From contig CM082588.2 of assembly GCA_040954595.2 (NCBI GenBank), positions 8,788,844-8,852,843 on the forward strand: a stretch of 64,000 nucleotides of DNA. The letters run 5' to 3'. Below, in pieces: positions 37,201 to 52,200 of this stretch. The stretch's first letter is position 1, and every line of letters begins with the position of its first letter. Below the pieces are notes generated by a model that was not told the DNA's origin, ran no database searches, and saw only the letters and a program-made list of their open reading frames with translations. The stretch is from Balanoglossus misakiensis. Lineage: Eukaryota; Animalia; Hemichordata. The position numbers and the translations under genes were made by a program.

Positions 37201-40200
37201 CCTTCCCCTGTTCCAATGCGTTATATACCGCGCCTTCTTAAGGACACAGACTTTGCGCATTGTCTCTCTTATTCGGCAGGGACTTGAGCTTGGTCCCGCC
37301 GAGGTAGCCGGGAGACGTAGCACACTAGCTGCCCTTCCTTCTCTTGTTCCCATGCGTTATATACCACGCCTGCTTAAAGGACACCGACTTAGCGCGTTGT
37401 CTTTTTAATTCGGCGGAGAATTGAGCTTGGTCCCGTCGAGGTAGCGGGGAGATGTCGTACACTAGCTGCCCTTCCTTCCCCTGTTCCAATGCATTATATA
37501 CCACGCCTGCTTAAAGGACACCGACTTAGCACGTTGTCTTTCTAATTCGGCGGGGACTTGAGCTTGGTCCCGCCGAGGTAACCGGGACACGACGCACACT
37601 AGCTGCCCTTCCTTCCCCTATTCCCCTGCGTTATATACCACGCCTGCTTAAAGGACACCGACTTAGCGCGTTGTCTTTCTAATTCGGCGGGGACTTGAGC
37701 TTGGTCCCGCCGAGGTAACCGGGAGACGTCGCACACTAGCTGCCCTTCCTTCCCCTGTTCCCATGCGTTATATATCACGCCTGCTTAAAGGACACCGACT
37801 TAGCGCGTTGTCTTTTTAATTCGGCGGGGACTTGATCTTGGTCTCGCCGAGGTAACCGGGAGACGTCGCACACTAGCTGCCCTTCTTTCCCCTGTTCCAA
37901 TGCGTTATATACCGCGCCTTCTTAAGGACACATACTTTGCGCATTGTCTCTCTTATTCGGCGGGGACTTGAGCTTGGTCCCGCCGAGGTAACCGGGAGAC
38001 GTCGCACACTAGCTGCCCTTCCTTCCCCTGTTCCCATGCGTTATATATCACGCCTGTTTAAAGGACACCGACTTAGCGCGTTGTCTTTCTAATTCGGCGG
38101 GGACTTGAGCTTGGTCCCGCCGAGGTAGTGGGGAGACGTCGCACACTAGCTGCCCTTCCTTCCCCTGTTCCCATGCGTTATATACCACGCCTGCTTAAAG
38201 GACACCGACTTAGCGCGTTGTCTTTCTCATTCGGCGGGGACTTGAGCTTGGTCCCGCCGAGGTAGTGGGGAGACGTCGCACACTAGCTGCCCTTCCTTCC
38301 CCTGTTCCAATGCGTTATATACCGCGCCTTCTTAAGGACACAGACTTTGCGCATTGTCTCTCTTATTCGGCAGGGACTTGAGCTTGGTCCCGCCGAGGTA
38401 GCCGGGAGACGTAGCACACTAGCTGCCCTTCCTTCTCTTGTTCCCATGCGTTATATACCACGCCTGCTTAAAGGACACCGACTTAGCGCGTTGTCTTTTT
38501 AATTCGGCGGAGAATTGAGCTTGGTCCCGTCGAGGTAGCGGGGAGATGTCGTACACTAGCTGCCCTTCCTTCCCCTGTTCCAATGCATTATATACCACGC
38601 CTGCTTAAAGGACACCGACTTAGCACGTTGTCTTTCTAATTCGGCGGGGACTTGAGCTTGGTCCCGCCGAGGTAACCGGGACACGACGCACACTAGCTGC
38701 CCTTCCTTCCCCTATTCCCCTGCGTTATATACCACGCCTGCTTAAAGGACACCGACTTAGCGCGTTGTCTTTCTAATTCGGCGGGGACTTGAGCTTGGTC
38801 CCGCCGAGGTAACCGGGAGACGTCGCACACTAGCTGCCCTTCCTTCCCCTGTTCCCATGCGTTATATATCACGCCTGCTTAAAGGACACCGACTTAGCGC
38901 GTTGTCTTTTTAATTCGGCGGGGACTTGATCTTGGTCTCGCCGAGGTAACCGGGAGACGTCGCACACTAGCTGCCCTTCTTTCCCCTGTTCCAATGCGTT
39001 ATATACCGCGCCTTCTTAAGGACACATACTTTGCGCATTGTCTCTCTTATTCGGCGGGGACTTGAGCTTGGTCCCGCCGAGGTAACCGGGAGACGTCGCA
39101 CACTAGCTGCCCTTCCTTCCCCTGTTCCCATGCGTTATATATCACGCCTGTTTAAAGGACACCGACTTAGCGCGTTGTCTTTCTAATTCGGCGGGGACTT
39201 GAGCTTGGTCCCGCCGAGGTAGTGGGGAGACGTCGCACACTAGCTGCCCTTCCTTCCCCTGTTCCCATGCGTTATATACCACGCCTGCTTAAAGGACACC
39301 GACTTAGCGCGTTGTCTTTCTCATTCGGCGGGGACTCTAGCTTGGTCCCGCCGAGGTAACAGGGAGACGTCGCACACTAGCTGCACTTCCTTCCCCTGTT
39401 CCCATGCGTTATATACCACGCCTGCTTAAAGGACACCGACTTAGCACGTTGTCTTTCTAATTCGGCGGGGACTTGAGCTTGGTCCCGCCGAGGTAACCGG
39501 GACACGACGCACACTAGCTGCCCTTCCTTCCCCTATTCCCATGCGTTATATACCACGCCTGCTTAAAGGACACCGACTTAACGCGTTGTCTTTCTAATTC
39601 GGCGGGGACTTGAGCTTGGTCCCGCCGAGGTAACCGGGAGACGTCGCACACTAGCTGCCCTTCCTTCCCCTGTTCCCATGCGTTATATATCACGCCTGCT
39701 TAAAGGACACCGACTTAGCGCGTTGTCTTTTTAATTCGGCGGAGAATTGAGCTTGGTCCCGCCGAGGTAGTGGGGAGACGTCGCACACTAGCTGCCCTTC
39801 CTTCCCCTGTTCCAATGCGTTATATACCGCGCCTTCTTAAGGACACAGACTTTGCGCATTGTCTCTCTTATTCGGCGGGGACTTGAGCTTGGTCCCGCCG
39901 AGGTAACCGGGAGACGTCGCACACTAGCTGCCCTTCCTTTTCCTGTTCCCATGCGTTATATACCACACCTGCTTAAAGGACACCGACTTAGCGCGATGTC
40001 TTTCTAATTCGGCGGGGACTTGAGCTTGGTCCCGCCGAGGTAACAGGGGAGACGTCGCACACTAGCTGCACTTCCTTTCCCTGTTCCCATGCGTTATATA
40101 CCACGCCTGCTTAAAGGACACCGACTTAGCACGTTGTCTTTTTAATTCGGCGGGGACTTGAGCTTGGTCCCGCCGAGGTAGCCGGGAGACGTCGCACACT

Positions 40201-43200
40201 AGCTGCCCTTCCTTCTCTTGTTCCCATGCGTTATATACCACGCCTGCTTAAAGGACACCGACTTAGCGTGTTGTCTTTCTAATTCTGCGGGGACTTGAGC
40301 TTGGTCCCGCCGCGGTAGCAGGGAGACGTCGCACACTAGCTGCACTTCCTTCCCCTGTTCCCATGCGTTATATACCACGCCTGCTTAAAGGACACCGACT
40401 TGGCGCGTTGTCTTTCTAATTCGGCGGGGACTTGAGCTTGGTCTCGCCGAGGTAACCGGGAGACGTCGCACACTAGCTGCCTTTCCTTCCCCTGTTCCCG
40501 TGCGTTATATACCACGCCTGCTTAAAGGACACCGACTTAGCGTGTTGTCTTTCTAATTCTGCGGGGACTTGAGCTTGGTCCCGTCGCGGTAGCAGGGAGA
40601 CGTCGCACACTAGCTGCACTTCCTTCCCCTGTTCCCATGCGTTATATACCACGCCTGCTTAAAGGACACCGACTTGGCGCGTTGTCTTTCTAATTCGGCG
40701 GGGACTTGAGCTTGGTCTCGCCGAGGTAGCCGGGAGACGTCGCACACTAGCTGCCCTTCCTTCTCTTGTTCCCATGCGTTATATACCACGCCTGCTTAAA
40801 GGACACCGACTTGGCGCGTTGTCTTTCTAATTAGGCGGGGACTTGATCTTGGTCTCGCCGAGGTAACCGGGAGACGTCGCACACTAGCTGCCCTTCCTTC
40901 CCCTGTTCCAATGCGTTATATACCGCGCCTTCTTAAGGACACAGACTTTGCGCATTGTCTCTCTTATTCGGCGGGGACTTGAGCTTGGTCCCGCCGAGGT
41001 AACCGGGAGACGTCGCACACTAGCTGCCCTTCCTTTTCCTGTTCCCATGCGTTATATACCACACCTGCTTAAAGGACACCGACTTAGCGCGTTGTCTTTT
41101 TAATTCGGCGGAGAATTGAGCTTGGTCCCGCCGAGGTAGTGGGGAGACGTCGCACACTAGCTGCCCTTCCTTCCCCTGTTCCAATGCGTTATATACCGCG
41201 CCTTCTTAAGGACACAGACTTTGCGCATTGTCTCTCTTATTCGGCGGGGACTTCAGCTTGGTCCTGCCGAGGTAACCGGGAGACGTCGCACACTAGCTGC
41301 CCTTCCTTTTCCTGTTCCCATGCGTTATATACCACACCTGCTTAAAGGACACCGACTTAGCGCGATGTCTTTCTAATTCGGCGGGGACTTGAGCTTGGTC
41401 CCGCCGAGATAACAGGGGAGACGTCGCACACTAGCTGCACTTCCTTCCCCTGTTCCCATGCGTTATATACCACGCCTGCTTAAAGGACACCGACTTAGCA
41501 CGTTGTCTTTTTAATTCGGCGGGGACTTGAGCTTGGTCCCGCCGAGGTAGCCGGGAGACGTCGCACACTAGCTGCCGTTCCTTCTCTTGTTCCCATGCGT
41601 TATAAACCACGCCTTCTTAAAGGACACCGACTTAGCGCGTTGTCTTTCTAATTCGGCGGGGACTTGAGCTTGGTCCCGACGAGGTAACAGGGAGACGTCG
41701 CACACTAGCTGCACTTCCTTCCCCTGTTCCCATGCGTTATATACCACGCCTGCTTAAAGGACACCGACTTAGCACGTTGTCTTTCTAATTCGGCGGGGAC
41801 TTGAGCTTGGTCCCGCCGAGGTAACCGGGACACGACGCACACTAGCTGCCCTTCCTTCCCCTATTCCCATGCGTTATATACCACGCCTGCTTAAAGGACA
41901 CCGACTTAGCGCGTTGTCTTTCTAATTCGGCGGGGACTTGAGCTTGGTCCCGCCGAGGTAACCGGGAGACGTCGCACACTGGCTGCCCTTCCTTCCCCTG
42001 TTCCCATGCGTTATATATCACGCCTGTTTAAAGGACACCGACTTAGCGCGTTGTCTTTCTAATTCGGCGGGGACTTGAGCTTGGTCCCGCCGAGGTAACA
42101 GGGGAGACGTCGCACACTAGCTGCACTTCCTTCCCCTGTTCCAATGCGTTATATACCGCGCCTTCTTAAGGACACAGACTTTGCGCATTGTCTCTCTTAT
42201 TCGGCGGGGACTTGAGCTTGGTCCCGCCGAGGTAACCGGGAGACGTCGCACACTAGCTGCCCTTCCTTTTCCTGTTCCCATACGTTATATACCACGCCTG
42301 CTTAAAGGACACCGACTTAGCGCGTTGTCTTTTTAATTCGGCGGAGAATTGAGCTTGGTCCCGCCGAGGTAGTGGGGAGACGTCGCACACTAGCTGCCCT
42401 TCCTTCCCCTGTTCCAATGCGTTATATACCGCGCCTTCTTAAGGACACAGACTTTGCGCATTGTCTCTCTTATTCGGCGGGAACTTGAGCTTGGTCCTGC
42501 CGAGGTAACCGGGAGACGTCGCACACTAGCTGCCCTTCCTTTTCCTGTTCCCATGCGTTATATACCACACCTGCTTAAAGGACACCGACTTAGCGCGATG
42601 TCTTTCTAATTCGGCGGGGACTTGAGCTTGGTCCCGCCGAGATAACAGGGGAGACGTCGCACACTAGCTGCACTTCCTTCCCCTGTTCCCATGCGTTATA
42701 TACCACGCCTGCTTAAAGGACACCGACTTAGCACGTTGTCTTTTTAATTCGGCGGGGACTTGAGCTTGGTCCCGCCGAGGTAGCCGGGAGACGTCGCACA
42801 CTAGCTGCCGTTCCTTCTCTTGTTCCCATGCGTTATATACCACGCCTGCTTAAAGGACACCGACTTAGCGCGTTGTCTTTCTAATTCGGCGGGGACTTGA
42901 GCTTGGTCCCGACGAGGTAACAGGGAGACGTCGCACACTAGCTGCACTTCCTTCCCCTGTTCCCATGCGTTATATACCACGCCTGCTTAAAGGACACCGA
43001 CTTAGCACGTTGTCTTTCTAATTCGGCGGGGACTTGAGCTTGGTCCCGCCGAGGTAACCGGGACACGACGCACACTAGCTGCCCTTCCTTCCCCTATTCC
43101 CATGCGTTATATACCACGCCTGCTTAAAGGACACCGACTTAGCGCGTTGTCTTTCTAATTCGGCGGGGACTTGAGCTTGGTCCCGCCGAGGTAACCGGGA

Positions 43201-46200
43201 GACGTCGCACACTGGCTGCCCTTCCTTCCCCTGTTCCCATGCGTTATATATCACGCCTGTTTAAAGGACACCAACTTAGCGCGTTGTCTTTCTAATTCGG
43301 CGGGGACTTGAGCTTGGTCCCGCCGAGGTAGTGGGGAGAAGTCGCACACTATCTGCCCTTCCTTCCCCTGTTCCAATGCGTTATAAACCGCGCCTTCTTA
43401 AGGACACAGACTTTGCGCATTGTCTCTCTTATTCGGCGGGGACTTGAGCTTGGTCCCGCCGAGGTAACCGGGAGACGTCGCACACTAGCTGCCCTTCCTT
43501 TTCCTGTTCCCATGCGTTATATACCACACCTGCTTAAAGGACACCGACTTAGCACGTTGTCTTTCTAATTCGGCGGGGACTTGAGCTTGGTCCCGCCGAG
43601 GTAACCGGGAGATGTCGCACACTAGCTGCCCTTCCTTCCCCTGTTCCAATGCATTATATACCACGCCTGCTTAAAGGACACCAACTTAGCGCCTTGTCTT
43701 TATAATTCTGTGAGGACTTGAGCTTGGTTCCGCAGAGGCAGCCAGGACACGACGCACACTAGCTGCCCTTCCTTCCCCTGTTCCCATGCGTTATATATCA
43801 CGCCTGTTTAAAGGACACCGACTTATCGCGTTGTCTTTCTAATTTGGCGGGGACTTGAGCTTGGTCCCGCCGAGGTAGTGGGGAGACGTCGCACACTAGC
43901 TGCCCTTCCTTCCCCTGTTCCCATGCGTTATATCCCACGCCTGCTTAAAGGACACCGACTTAGCGCGTTGTCTTTCTAATTCGGCGGGGACTTGAGCTTG
44001 GTCCCGCCGAGGTAACAGGGAGACGTCGCACACTAGCTGCACTTCCTTCCCCTGTTCCCATGCGTTATATACCACGCCTGCTTAAAGGACACCGACTTAG
44101 CGCGTTGTCTTTCTAATTCGGCGGGGACTTGAGCTTGGTCCCGCCGAGGTAACCGGGAGACGTCGCACACTAGCTGCCCTTCCTTCCCCTGTTCCCATGC
44201 GTTATATATCACGCCTGTTTAAAGGAAACCGACTTAGCGCGTTGTCTTTCTATTTCGGCGGGGACTTGAGCTTGGTCCCGCCGAAGCAGTGGGGAGACGT
44301 CGCACACTAGCTGCCCTTCCTTCCCCTGTTCCAATGCGTTATATACCGCGCCTTCTTAAGGACACAGACTTTGCGCATTGTCTTTCTAATTCGGCGGGGA
44401 CTTGAGCTTGGTCCCGCCGAGGTAACCGGGAGATGTCGCACACTAGCTGCCCTTCCTTCCCCTGTTCCAATGCATTATATACCACGCCTGCTTAAAGGAC
44501 ACCAACTTAGCGCCTTGTCATTATAATTCTGTGGGGACTTGAGCTTGGTTCCGCAGAGGCAGCCAGGACACGACGCACACTAGCTGCCCTTCCTTCCCCT
44601 ATTCCCATGCGTTATATACCACGCCTGCTTAAAGGACACCGACTTAGCGCGTTGTCTTTCTAATTCGTCGGGGACTTGAGCTTGGTCCCGCCGAGGTAAC
44701 CGGGAGACGTCGCACACTAGCTGCCCTTCCTTCCCCTGTTCCCATGCGTTATATATCACGCCTGTTTAAAGGACACCGACTTAGCGCGTTGTCTTTCTAA
44801 TTCGGCGGGGACTTGAGCTTGGTCCCGCCGAGGTAACAGGGAGACGTCGCACACTAGCTGCCCTTCCTTCCCCTGTTCCCATGCGTTATATATCACGCCT
44901 GTTTAAAGGACACCGACTTAGCGCGTTGTCTTTCTAATTCGGCGGGGACTTGAGCTTGGTCCCGCCGAGGTAGTGGGGAGACGTCGCACACTAGCTGCCC
45001 TTCCTTCCCCTGTTCCAATGCGTTATATACCGCGCCTTCTTAAGGACACAGACTTTGCGCATTGTCTCTCTTATTCGGCAGGGACTTGAGCTTGGTCCCG
45101 CCGAGGTAGCCGGGAGACGTAGCACACTAGCTGCCCTTCCTTCTCTTGTTCCCATGCGTTATATACCACGCCTGCTTAAAGGACACCGACTTAGCGCGTT
45201 GTCTTTTTAATTCGGCGGAGAATTGAGCTTGGTCCCGTCGAGGTAGCGGGGAGATGTCGTACACTAGCTGCCCTTCCTTCCCCTGTTCCAATGCATTATA
45301 TACCACGCCTGCTTAAAGGACACCGACTTAGCACGTTGTCTTTCTAATTCGGCGGGGACTTGAGCTTGGTCCCGCCGAGGTAACCGGGACACGACGCACA
45401 CTAGCTGCCCTTCCTTCCCCTATTCCCCTGCGTTATATACCATGCCTGCTTAAAGGACACCGACTTAGCGCGTTGTCTTTCTAATTCGGCGGGGACTTGA
45501 GCTTGGTCCCGCCGAGGTAACCGGGAGACGTCGCACACTAGCTGCCCTTCCTTCCCCTGTTCCCATGCGTTATATATCACGCCTGCTTAAAGGACACCGA
45601 CTTAGCGCGTTGTCTTTTTAATTCGGCGGGGACTTGATCTTGGTCTCGCCGAGGTAACCGGGAGACGTCGCACACTAGCTGCCCTTCCTTCCCCTGTTCC
45701 AATGCGTTATATACCGCGCCTTCTTAAGGACACATACTTTGCGCATTGTCTCTCTTATTCGGCGGGGACTTGAGCTTGGTCCCGCCGAGGTAACCGGGAG
45801 ACGTCGCACACTAGCTGCCCTTCCTTCCCCTGTTCCCATGCGTTATATATCACGCCTGTTTAAAGGACACCGACTTAGCGCGTTGTCTTTCTAATTCGGC
45901 GGGGACTTGAGCTTGGTCCCGCCGAGGTAGTGGGGAGACGTCGCACACTAGCTGCCCTTCCTTCCCCTGTTCCCATGCGTTATATACCACGCCTGCTTAA
46001 AGGACACCGACTTAGCGCGTTGTCTTTCTCATTCGGCGGGGACTTGAGCTTGGTCCCGCCGAGGTAGTGGGGAGACGTCGCACACTAGCTGCCCTTCCTT
46101 CCCCTGTTCCAATGCGTTATATACCGCGCCTTCTTAAGGACACAGACTTTGCGCATTGTCTCTCTTATTCGGCAGGGACTTGAGCTTGGTCCCGCCGAGG

Positions 46201-49200
46201 TAGCCGGGAGACGTAGCACACTAGCTGCCCTTCCTTCTCTTGTTCCCATGCGTTATATACCACGCCTGCTTAAAGGACACCGACTTAGCGCGTTGTCTTT
46301 TTAATTCGGCGGAGAATTGAGCTTGGTCCCGTCGAGGTAGCGGGGAGATGTCGTACACTAGCTGCCCTTCCTTCCCCTGTTCCAATGCATTATATACCAC
46401 GCCTGCTTAAAGGACACCGACTTAGCACGTTGTCTTTCTAATTCGGCGGGGACTTGAGCTTGGTCCCGCCGAGGTAACCGGGACACGACGCACACTAGCT
46501 GCCCTTCCTTCCCCTATTCCCCTGCGTTATATACCACGCCTGCTTAAAGGACACCGACTTAGCGCGTTGTCTTTCTAATTCGGCGGGGACTTGAGCTTGG
46601 TCCCGCCGAGGTAACCGGGAGACGTCGCACACTAGCTGCCCTTCCTTCCCCTGTTCCCATGCGTTATATATCACGCCTGCTTAAAGGACACCGACTTAGC
46701 GCGTTGTCTTTTTAATTCGGCGGGGACTTGATCTTGGTCTCGCCGAGGTAACCGGGAGACGTCGCACACTAGCTGCCCTTCTTTCCCCTGTTCCAATGCG
46801 TTATATACCGCGCCTTCTTAAGGACACATACTTTGCGCATTGTCTCTCTTATTCGGCGGGGACTTGAGCTTGGTCCCGCCGAGGTAACCGGGAGACGTCG
46901 CACACTAGCTGCCCTTCCTTCCCCTGTTCCCATGCGTTATATATCACGCCTGTTTAAAGGACACCGACTTAGCGCGTTGTCTTTCTAATTCGGCGGGGAC
47001 TTGAGCTTGGTCCCGCCGAGGTAGTGGGGAGACGTCGCACACTAGCTGCCCTTCCTTCCCCTGTTCCCATGCGTTATATACCACGCCTGCTTAAAGGACA
47101 CCGACTTAGCGCGTTGTCTTTCTCATTCGGCGGGGACTCTAGCTTGGTCCCGCCGAGGTAACAGGGAGACGTCGCACACTAGCTGCACTTCCTTCCCCTG
47201 TTCCCATGCGTTATATACCACGCCTGCTTAAAGGACACCGACTTAGCACGTTGTCTTTCTAATTCGGCGGGGACTTGAGCTTGGTCCCGCCGAGGTAACC
47301 GGGACACGACGCACACTAGCTGCCCTTCCTTCCCCTATTCCCATGCGTTATATACCACGCCTGCTTAAAGGACACCGACTTAACGCGTTGTCTTTCTAAT
47401 TCGGCGGGGACTTGAGCTTGGTCCCGCCGAGGTAACCGGGAGACGTCGCACACTAGCTGCCCTTCCTTCCCCTGTTCCCATGCGTTATATATCACGCCTG
47501 CTTAAAGGACACCGACTTAGCGCGTTGTCTTTTTAATTCGGCGGAGAATTGAGCTTGGTCCCGCCGAGGTAGTGGGGAGACGTCGCACACTAGCTGCCCT
47601 TCCTTCCCCTGTTCCAATGCGTTATATACCGCGCCTTCTTAAGGACACAGACTTTGCGCATTGTCTCTCTTATTCGGCGGGGACTTGAGCTTGGTCCCGC
47701 CGAGGTAACCGGGAGACGTCGCACACTAGCTGCCCTTCCTTTTCCTGTTCCCATGCGTTATATACCACACCTGCTTAAAGGACACCGACTTAGCGCGATG
47801 TCTTTCTAATTCGGCGGGGACTTGAGCTTGGTCCCGCCGAGGTAACAGGGGAGACGTCGCACACTAGCTGCACTTCCTTTCCCTGTTCCCATGCGTTATA
47901 TACCACGCCTGCTTAAAGGACACCGACTTAGCACGTTGTCTTTTTAATTCGGCGGGGACTTGAGCTTGGTCCCGCCGAGGTAGCCGGGAGACGTCGCACA
48001 CTAGCTGCCCTTCCTTCTCTTGTTCCCATGCGTTATATACCACGCCTGCTTAAAGGACACCGACTTAGCGTGTTGTCTTTCTAATTCTGCGGGGACTTGA
48101 GCTTGGTCCCGCCGCGGTAGCAGGGAGACGTCGCACACTAGCTGCACTTCCTTCCCCTGTTCCCATGCGTTATATACCACGCCTGCTTAAAGGACACCGA
48201 CTTGGCGCGTTGTCTTTCTAATTCGGCGGGGACTTGAGCTTGGTCTCGCCGAGGTAACCGGGAGACGTCGCACACTAGCTGCCTTTCCTTCCCCTGTTCC
48301 CGTGCGTTATATACCACGCCTGCTTAAAGGACACCGACTTAGCGTGTTGTCTTTCTAATTCTGCGGGGACTTGAGCTTGGTCCCGTCGCGGTAGCAGGGA
48401 GACGTCGCACACTAGCTGCACTTCCTTCCCCTGTTCCCATGCGTTATATACCACGCCTGCTTAAAGGACACCGACTTGGCGCGTTGTCTTTCTAATTCGG
48501 CGGGGACTTGAGCTTGGTCTCGCCGAGGTAGCCGGGAGACGTCGCACACTAGCTGCCCTTCCTTCTCTTGTTCCCATGCGTTATATACCACGCCTGCTTA
48601 AAGGACACCGACTTGGCGCGTTGTCTTTCTAATTAGGCGGGGACTTGATCTTGGTCTCGCCGAGGTAACCGGGAGACGTCGCACACTAGCTGCCCTTCCT
48701 TCCCCTGTTCCAATGCGTTATATACCGCGCCTTCTTAAGGACACAGACTTTGCGCATTGTCTCTCTTATTCGGCGGGGACTTGAGCTTGGTCCCGCCGAG
48801 GTAACCGGGAGACGTCGCACACTAGCTGCCCTTCCTTTTCCTGTTCCCATGCGTTATATACCACACCTGCTTAAAGGACACCGACTTAGCGCGTTGTCTT
48901 TTTAATTCGGCGGAGAATTGAGCTTGGTCCCGCCGAGGTAGTGGGGAGACGTCGCACACTAGCTGCCCTTCCTTCCCCTGTTCCAATGCGTTATATACCG
49001 CGCCTTCTTAAGGACACAGACTTTGCGCATTGTCTCTCTTATTCGGCGGGGACTTCAGCTTGGTCCTGCCGAGGTAACCGGGAGACGTCGCACACTAGCT
49101 GCCCTTCCTTTTCCTGTTCCCATGCGTTATATACCACACCTGCTTAAAGGACACCGACTTAGCGCGATGTCTTTCTAATTCGGCGGGGACTTGAGCTTGG

Positions 49201-52200
49201 TCCCGCCGAGATAACAGGGGAGACGTCGCACACTAGCTGCACTTCCTTCCCCTGTTCCCATGCGTTATATACCACGCCTGCTTAAAGGACACCGACTTAG
49301 CACGTTGTCTTTTTAATTCGGCGGGGACTTGAGCTTGGTCCCGCCGAGGTAGCCGGGAGACGTCGCACACTAGCTGCCGTTCCTTCTCTTGTTCCCATGC
49401 GTTATAAACCACGCCTTCTTAAAGGACACCGACTTAGCGCGTTGTCTTTCTAATTCGGCGGGGACTTGAGCTTGGTCCCGACGAGGTAACAGGGAGACGT
49501 CGCACACTAGCTGCACTTCCTTCCCCTGTTCCCATGCGTTATATACCACGCCTGCTTAAAGGACACCGACTTAGCACGTTGTCTTTCTAATTCGGCGGGG
49601 ACTTGAGCTTGGTCCCGCCGAGGTAACCGGGACACGACGCACACTAGCTGCCCTTCCTTCCCCTATTCCCATGCGTTATATACCACGCCTGCTTAAAGGA
49701 CACCGACTTAGCGCGTTGTCTTTCTAATTCGGCGGGGACTTGAGCTTGGTCCCGCCGAGGTAACCGGGAGACGTCGCACACTGGCTGCCCTTCCTTCCCC
49801 TGTTCCCATGCGTTATATATCACGCCTGTTTAAAGGACACCGACTTAGCGCGTTGTCTTTCTAATTCGGCGGGGACTTGATCTTGGTCCCGCCGAGGTAA
49901 CAGGGGAGACGTCGCACACTAGCTGCACTTCCTTCCCCTGTTCCAATGCGTTATATACCGCGCCTTCTTAAGGACACAGACTTTGCGCATTGTCTCTCTT
50001 ATTCGGCGGGGACTTGAGCTTGGTCCCGCCGAGGTAACCGGGAGACGTCGCACACTAGCTGCCCTTCCTTTTCCTGTTCCCATACGTTATATACCACGCC
50101 TGCTTAAAGGACACCGACTTAGCGCGTTGTCTTTTTAATTCGGCGGAGAATTGAGCTTGGTCCCGCCGAGGTAGTGGGGAGACGTCGCACACTAGCTGCC
50201 CTTCCTTCCCCTGTTCCAATGCGTTATATACCGCGCCTTCTTAAGGACACAGACTTTGCGCATTGTCTCTCTTATTCGGCGGGAACTTGAGCTTGGTCCT
50301 GCCGAGGTAACCGGGAGACGTCGCACACTAGCTGCCCTTCCTTTTCCTGTTCCCATGCGTTATATACCACACCTGCTTAAAGGACACCGACTTAGCGCGT
50401 TGTCTTTTTAATTCGGCGGAGAATTGAGCTTGGTCCCGTCGAGGTAGCGGGGAGATGTCGTACACTAGCTGCCCTTCCTTCCCCTGTTCCAATGCATTAT
50501 ATACCACGCCTGCTTAAAGGACACCGACTTAGCACGTTGTCTTTCTAATTCGGCGGGGACTTGAGCTTGGTCCCGCCGAGGTAACCGGGACACGACGCAC
50601 ACTAGCTGCCCTTCCTTCCCCTATTCCCCTGCGTTATATACCATGCCTGCTTAAAGGACACCGACTTAGCGCGTTGTCTTTCTAATTCGGCGGGGACTTG
50701 AGCTTGGTCCCGCCGAGGTAACCGGGAGACGTCGCACACTAGCTGCCCTTCCTTCCCCTGTTCCCATGCGTTATATATCACGCCTGCTTAAAGGACACCG
50801 ACTTAGCGCGTTGTCTTTTTAATTCGGCGGGGACTTGATCTTGGTCTCGCCGAGGTAACCGGGAGACGTCGCACACTAGCTGCCCTTCCTTCCCCTGTTC
50901 CAATGCGTTATATACCGCGCCTTCTTAAGGACACATACTTTGCGCATTGTCTCTCTTATTCGGCGGGGACTTGAGCTTGGTCCCGCCGAGGTAACCGGGA
51001 GACGTCGCACACTAGCTGCCCTTCCTTCCCCTGTTCCCATGCGTTATATATCACGCCTGTTTAAAGGACACCGACTTAGCGCGTTGTCTTTCTAATTCGG
51101 CGGGGACTTGAGCTTGGTCCCGCCGAGGTAGTGGGGAGACGTCGCACACTAGCTGCCCTTCCTTCCCCTGTTCCCATGCGTTATATACCACGCCTGCTTA
51201 AAGGACACCGACTTAGCGCGTTGTCTTTCTCATTCGGCGGGGACTTGAGCTTGGTCCCGCCGAGGTAGTGGGGAGACGTCGCACACTAGCTGCCCTTCCT
51301 TCCCCTGTTCCAATGCGTTATATACCGCGCCTTCTTAAGGACACAGACTTTGCGCATTGTCTCTCTTATTCGGCAGGGACTTGAGCTTGGTCCCGCCGAG
51401 GTAGCCGGGAGACGTAGCACACTAGCTGCCCTTCCTTCTCTTGTTCCCATGCGTTATATACCACGCCTGCTTAAAGGACACCGACTTAGCGCGTTGTCTT
51501 TTTAATTCGGCGGAGAATTGAGCTTGGTCCCGTCGAGGTAGCGGGGAGATGTCGTACACTAGCTGCCCTTCCTTCCCCTGTTCCAATGCATTATATACCA
51601 CGCCTGCTTAAAGGACACCGACTTAGCACGTTGTCTTTCTAATTCGGCGGGGACTTGAGCTTGGTCCCGCCGAGGTAACCGGGACACGACGCACACTAGC
51701 TGCCCTTCCTTCCCCTATTCCCCTGCGTTATATACCACGCCTGCTTAAAGGACACCGACTTAGCGCGTTGTCTTTCTAATTCGGCGGGGACTTGAGCTTG
51801 GTCCCGCCGAGGTAACCGGGAGACGTCGCACACTAGCTGCCCTTCCTTCCCCTGTTCCCATGCGTTATATATCACGCCTGCTTAAAGGACACCGACTTAG
51901 CGCGTTGTCTTTTTAATTCGGCGGGGACTTGATCTTGGTCTCGCCGAGGTAACCGGGAGACGTCGCACACTAGCTGCCCTTCTTTCCCCTGTTCCAATGC
52001 GTTATATACCGCGCCTTCTTAAGGACACATACTTTGCGCATTGTCTCTCTTATTCGGCGGGGACTTGAGCTTGGTCCCGCCGAGGTAACCGGGAGACGTC
52101 GCACACTAGCTGCCCTTCCTTCCCCTGTTCCCATGCGTTATATATCACGCCTGTTTAAAGGACACCGACTTAGCGCGTTGTCTTTCTAATTCGGCGGGGA